Virus record (IMG/VR): IMGVR_UViG_2636415425_000001
Location: 1 to 64,000 of that record
Length of the DNA stretch: 64,000 bases
Source: a virus
Lineage: Duplodnaviria; Caudoviricetes
Direction: 5' to 3' (one strand)
This document shows positions 61,332 to 64,000 of the stretch, one piece after another (position 1 is the stretch's first letter; every line of letters starts with the position of its first letter). The notes below the pieces were generated by a model. The model was not told the DNA's origin and searched no databases. It saw only the letters and a list, made by a program, of their open reading frames with translations. The translations under genes and the position numbers were made by a program.

Positions 61332-61606
61332 CGGGGGAAGAGACAGTCACCGCGGCCGGCTACAGGGTTGCCACTCGCGCCGAGTTCGATGCCGCCACCG
61401 ACGTGCCCGCGGGCGTGCGCCTGGTGGCCGATCGCCTCTTCAAACGCTGGGGCGGCGACTTCGTTGTTTACGATCCGGCCGGCGGTGATGACGGCTGGCT
61501 GCTGATCGACGACGACCGCGAGCAGATCATAGGCGAGACCGTGGAACACCTCGGACGGCTCAAACCTGAGCCGACTGCGCCGCCGGCACAAGGCTCGCTG
61601 TTTTGA
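61328..61606 (+). CDS. Hypothetical protein
   Basis: ATGA coupling; ends QGSLF (clamp-binding-like). Confidence 0.6.
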   Translation: MTGEETVTAAGYRVATRAEFDAATDVPAGVRLVADRLFKRWGGDFVVYDPAGGDDGWLLIDDDREQIIGETVEHLGRLKPEPTAPPAQGSLF

Positions 61607-61642
61607 CACCCGGATACGATCGATTTTGAAAGGAGACCGAGC

Positions 61643-61816
61643 ATGCCGCGGAACTGGATCGTGCGCGAGCGCCACCCATTCGATGATGGATACTGGGCGC
61701 GCTATGACGGCAAACGCCGCCCCAACAAGTCATTGACCGAGAAACGTGAGGGCTGGGAGGCTTGCGACCGCGAGATTGCCGAAGAAGCCCACGACGCTGA
61801 GGAGGCTGTGCTATGA
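61643..61816 (+). CDS. 57-aa protein, weakly Rmf-like
   Basis: AAGGAG RBS; FDDGYWA..DG...EGWE. Confidence 0.55.
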   Translation: MPRNWIVRERHPFDDGYWARYDGKRRPNKSLTEKREGWEACDREIAEEAHDAEEAVL

Positions 61817-62181
61817 GGCAGGTCCGCCGCGTCCCCGCCGATTGGCAGCACCCTCGCAATTCCTGGGGTCGATATACGCCGCTCCTTGAGTCCGCCCCGG
61901 ATGCACCCGCGCCCGATCTTTCCCGCTGCATGCCGGCATGGCCGGAGGCGGAGCGCACCCACTGGCAGTTGTACGAGACCACCAGCGCCGGCACGCCGGT
62001 TTCGCCGCCCTGCCCGTCGCCCGAGGCCTTGGCCAAATGGCTTGCCGACCACCATGTGGAGGCCGCACCAGGTTTCACCGGAACGGAGGCGCAATGGCTC
62101 GGCGCCATCAAGCGCGGCGGCGTCATTCCGCCGGTGATGACCGTCGGCAAGCAGCAGGTCTCGCCGCTGGATTACACCTGA
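61813..62181 (+). CDS. Hypothetical protein
   Basis: RQVRRVPADWQHP...WQLYETTSAGTPVSP motif; ATGA coupling. Confidence 0.75.
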   Translation: MRQVRRVPADWQHPRNSWGRYTPLLESAPDAPAPDLSRCMPAWPEAERTHWQLYETTSAGTPVSPPCPSPEALAKWLADHHVEAAPGFTGTEAQWLGAIKRGGVIPPVMTVGKQQVSPLDYT

Positions 62182-62275
62182 TCGGCCGGGACTCCCGGCT
62201 ACGATCGATTTTGTGCTACCCCCTCGGCTACGGCCGATTCCGGGCGATTGTGCCCAACCGGAAAGGAACTCTCAG

Positions 62276-62599
62276 ATGTCGCCCCCCAGATTTGTTCACC
62301 GCAAGATCTCGGCCGAGGACTTCAAGGCCGAGTTGGCGAAGCAGGGCATGTCGGTGCCGGCGTTCGCCCGTGTCTGGTGCCAGAACCTTTCGACCGTCAC
62401 GAAATGGGCCAACGGCGGGAACGATATCCCGACCTGGGTGCCGATCGCGCTGACCATGATGACGCTGCCAAACGCTCACGGGACCGCCCGTATGGCGGCG
62501 GCGGCGATGATCGAAGAAGATCGGCTGCATCCCGAGCTCGGAAAATTCCCGTACCAGAAGCTTCGGCAGATGCCGGCGGACGACGAGATCGAGGAATAG
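62276..62599 (+). CDS. HTH (XRE/Cro-like) protein
   Basis: DFKAEL...GMS..AFAR......TV.KW.NG...IP.WV. Confidence 0.75.
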   Translation: MSPPRFVHRKISAEDFKAELAKQGMSVPAFARVWCQNLSTVTKWANGGNDIPTWVPIALTMMTLPNAHGTARMAAAAMIEEDRLHPELGKFPYQKLRQMPADDEIEE

Positions 62600-62605
62600 T
62601 CCCGG

Positions 62606-62821
62606 CTACGATCGATTTTGCGTGCCCCGGCTGCGCCTTTTCTTCGCCGCGTGCCGTTTCTTGGGCGGCGCTCGCTTCGCCGCTGGCGCCGGCGGCGCGT
62701 CCTTCGCTGCGGCCGCGGCGTCGAGGGCATCGAGCTCCCGCTTCTGCGCCTGCATCCGTTCCCACCTGGCTTCGCGTTGAGCGCGCAGCGCGTCGGCGCG
62801 CGGTGACGGCTCCCTGCTCAT
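62606..62821 (-). CDS. Small basic hypothetical protein
   Basis: ATGA coupling. Confidence 0.5.
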   Translation of the reverse strand: MSREPSPRADALRAQREARWERMQAQKRELDALDAAAAAKDAPPAPAAKRAPPKKRHAAKKRRSRGTQNRS

Positions 62822-63006
62822 GACGGCGACCTTTGCCAGAACCAGCGGCGCCGGCGCAACAGCACGATTGCCTCTTGCGATCGGCCAGCAACGCTGATCG
62901 GTCGCCAACCGTCCGCAATTCGGCTGTTTAACTCTCGCCGCAACCATCCCTGCGACTGCGTGGAGTAAATGCTTTGGAGATCGTATTCGTAGCGATAGAG
63001 CAGCAT
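62818..63006 (-). CDS. Hypothetical protein
   Basis: AGGAG RBS; LN....DGW motif. Confidence 0.55.
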   Translation of the reverse strand: MLLYRYEYDLQSIYSTQSQGWLRRELNSRIADGWRPISVAGRSQEAIVLLRRRRWFWQRSPS

Positions 63007-63017
63007 CGGTCCGACTC

Positions 63018-63284
63018 CTAACCTGCGTCCGTGGGGACTTCGCCGACCTCGAGCATGACCGGCGGATGGCTCTGCGAGATGATCCGGAGGTGCACCGGCG
63101 CGCCGGCGTTCAACCGGGCCAACTCTTCCGCCGTCGGCATCCACGCGGACGACAGCGAGGGCAGCGAATTATTCAGCACCTCAACGCGGATCGGCAGATC
63201 CATGCACTTGCCATCCCTCTCCTCGTCCCAGTTCCTCGGCGCCTCCAGCACCTTGTTGCAGCCGGAGATCCTTGCGATTTCCAT
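63018..63284 (-). CDS. Hypothetical protein
   Basis: AGGAGG RBS; AP..WD...G.C..LPI...SAW.PT.EEL..LNAG. Confidence 0.75.
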   Translation of the reverse strand: MEIARISGCNKVLEAPRNWDEERDGKCMDLPIRVEVLNNSLPSLSSAWMPTAEELARLNAGAPVHLRIISQSHPPVMLEVGEVPTDAG

Positions 63285-63294
63285 TAGTACCCTC

Positions 63295-63639
63295 CTACGA
63301 TCGCATCCGGTCCGCTCGAGCCTGCAATCCCTTGCGGACGTTGTGCTCGGCGCATTTGCAGGCGCCGTTGTTCAGGTCTAGGGCGCGGGATCGATCGTCC
63401 CTGATCTCGACGACATGATCGGCGTACATCTGGTCGCCGTTGGCCCGGCTGCGCTCGCAGCGGACGCCATCCTCGACATGCTCGCAGCGCCAGCCGGCGC
63501 GCTTCTTGACCTGCAGCGCCCACCGCTGGTGCTCGGCAGTCTGGTAGTGCGGGTCCGCGCGCTTCTCCGGAGGCTTCACCTTCCTGGTGTCGAGGGTCGG
63601 AACGCGCGGGCCCAGCGTGGGAATTCGAGACCGCTTCAT
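63295..63639 (-). CDS. Terminase-associated HNH endonuclease (HK97 gp74-like)
   Basis: Y....H..W...V.....C; ADHVVEI......LD..N....C..H..K. Confidence 0.85.
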   Translation of the reverse strand: MKRSRIPTLGPRVPTLDTRKVKPPEKRADPHYQTAEHQRWALQVKKRAGWRCEHVEDGVRCERSRANGDQMYADHVVEIRDDRSRALDLNNGACKCAEHNVRKGLQARADRMRS

Positions 63640-63821
63640 TTCTTTTCCCCGCGCCGCGGCCCGAACATCTTCCGGCCCATAGATCGCACCATTTCGCGCT
63701 GGTCCCATGTCATCACGTCGTTGTCGACATCGAGCAGGAGGAGACCATACTCACGCCAAACCCGCTGTTTCGTTTCCAGCGGCGTCTCGCGGCTATTGGG
63801 GGCAAACCGTCCGAGGGACAT
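63636..63821 (-). CDS. Hypothetical protein
   Basis: ATGA coupling with the HNH gene. Confidence 0.55.
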   Translation of the reverse strand: MSLGRFAPNSRETPLETKQRVWREYGLLLLDVDNDVMTWDQREMVRSMGRKMFGPRRGEKK

Positions 63822-63831
63822 CAATCCAACC

Positions 63832-64000
63832 CTACTTCTGCAAGCCCATGCCGGCGGCGATCCTCAGCCGCCGAACCGCGTCCCATGTCCGGTCGACGAT
63901 CTCGACGCCGTCGTAAAGCTTCACCAGCGCGTTCAGCGCGACCCGGAAGTCCGAATTGTTGGTGCGGTGCTCCTCGCCGCCATGCATCCGGACGTCCTCG
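63832..64000 (-). CDS. 3' end of a hypothetical protein (partial)
   Basis: Open frame ...DFRVALNALVKLYDG...GMGLQK*. Confidence 0.5.
   Translation of the reverse strand, partial: EDVRMHGGEEHRTNNSDFRVALNALVKLYDGVEIVDRTWDAVRRLRIAAGMGLQK

Larger units (their letters stand above)
50987..62255 (+). repeat. Dispersed hairpin repeat GCGCR-ATNG-TGCGC-AAA before the RBS (11 copies)
   Basis: Copies start at 50987, 51211, 51958, 52619, 52902, 53462, 54838, 55338, 56387, 57918 and 62242. Confidence 0.92.
54433..62617 (+). repeat. Dispersed polar repeat (CCC.G)..TACGRYYGATTT (~17 copies, often tandem pairs)
   Basis: Core starts at 54433, 55294, 55321, 56328, 56663, 56688, 57632, 57657, 59722, 60338, 60365, 60903, 60932, 61615, 62200, 62229 and 62607. 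Confidence 0.9.
1..64000. mobile_element. Tailed phage/prophage segment (HK97-fold head, siphovirus tail), boundaries outside window
   Basis: Ordered terminase-portal-protease-capsid-tail-lysis genes; no host housekeeping genes; no integrase seen. Confidence 0.95.

Noticed and set aside
50987-62617. CRISPR array or integron attC interpretation of the island repeats
   Set aside because: Repeats are 11-17 nt, irregularly spaced and separated by whole genes; no cas or integron integrase gene; no attC R/L box structure

Overview
GC-rich segment of an alphaproteobacterial long-tailed phage or prophage. It is probably Bradyrhizobium/Rhizobiales-type, judged from the initiator and His tRNA signatures, the Omp25-like gene and the LigD-type ligase. 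No integrase or att site is visible in the window. Layout: (1) 1-4.4 kb, + strand small accessory genes, including an Rmf-like protein and an HD (p)ppGpp-hydrolase-like protein. (2) 3.3-14.5 kb, a minus-strand array of 36 CCA-encoding tRNA genes covering all 20 amino acids. Many are structurally aberrant, and the array is interleaved with candidate novel structured ncRNAs, two HNH genes and antisense moron genes. (3) 15.3-16.8 kb, an ATP-dependent ligase module. (4) 16.8-21.2 kb, a lysis cassette that contains a fatty-acid-hydroxylase-family gene. (5) 21.2-50 kb, a complete HK97-type head and siphovirus tail operon that includes four signal-peptide proteins. (6) A candidate cos site at ~50.04-50.11 kb. 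(7) 50.5-62.6 kb, an oppositely oriented island of ~26 mostly small genes (ArdC-N-like, DUF3560-methyltransferase, two HTH) lying between cos and the packaging HNH gene. The island is punctuated by two strand-polarised repeat families: a covarying pre-RBS hairpin (11 copies) and TACGRYYGATT (~17 copies). All calls were made by eye from the sequence and ORF track; no database searches were run.
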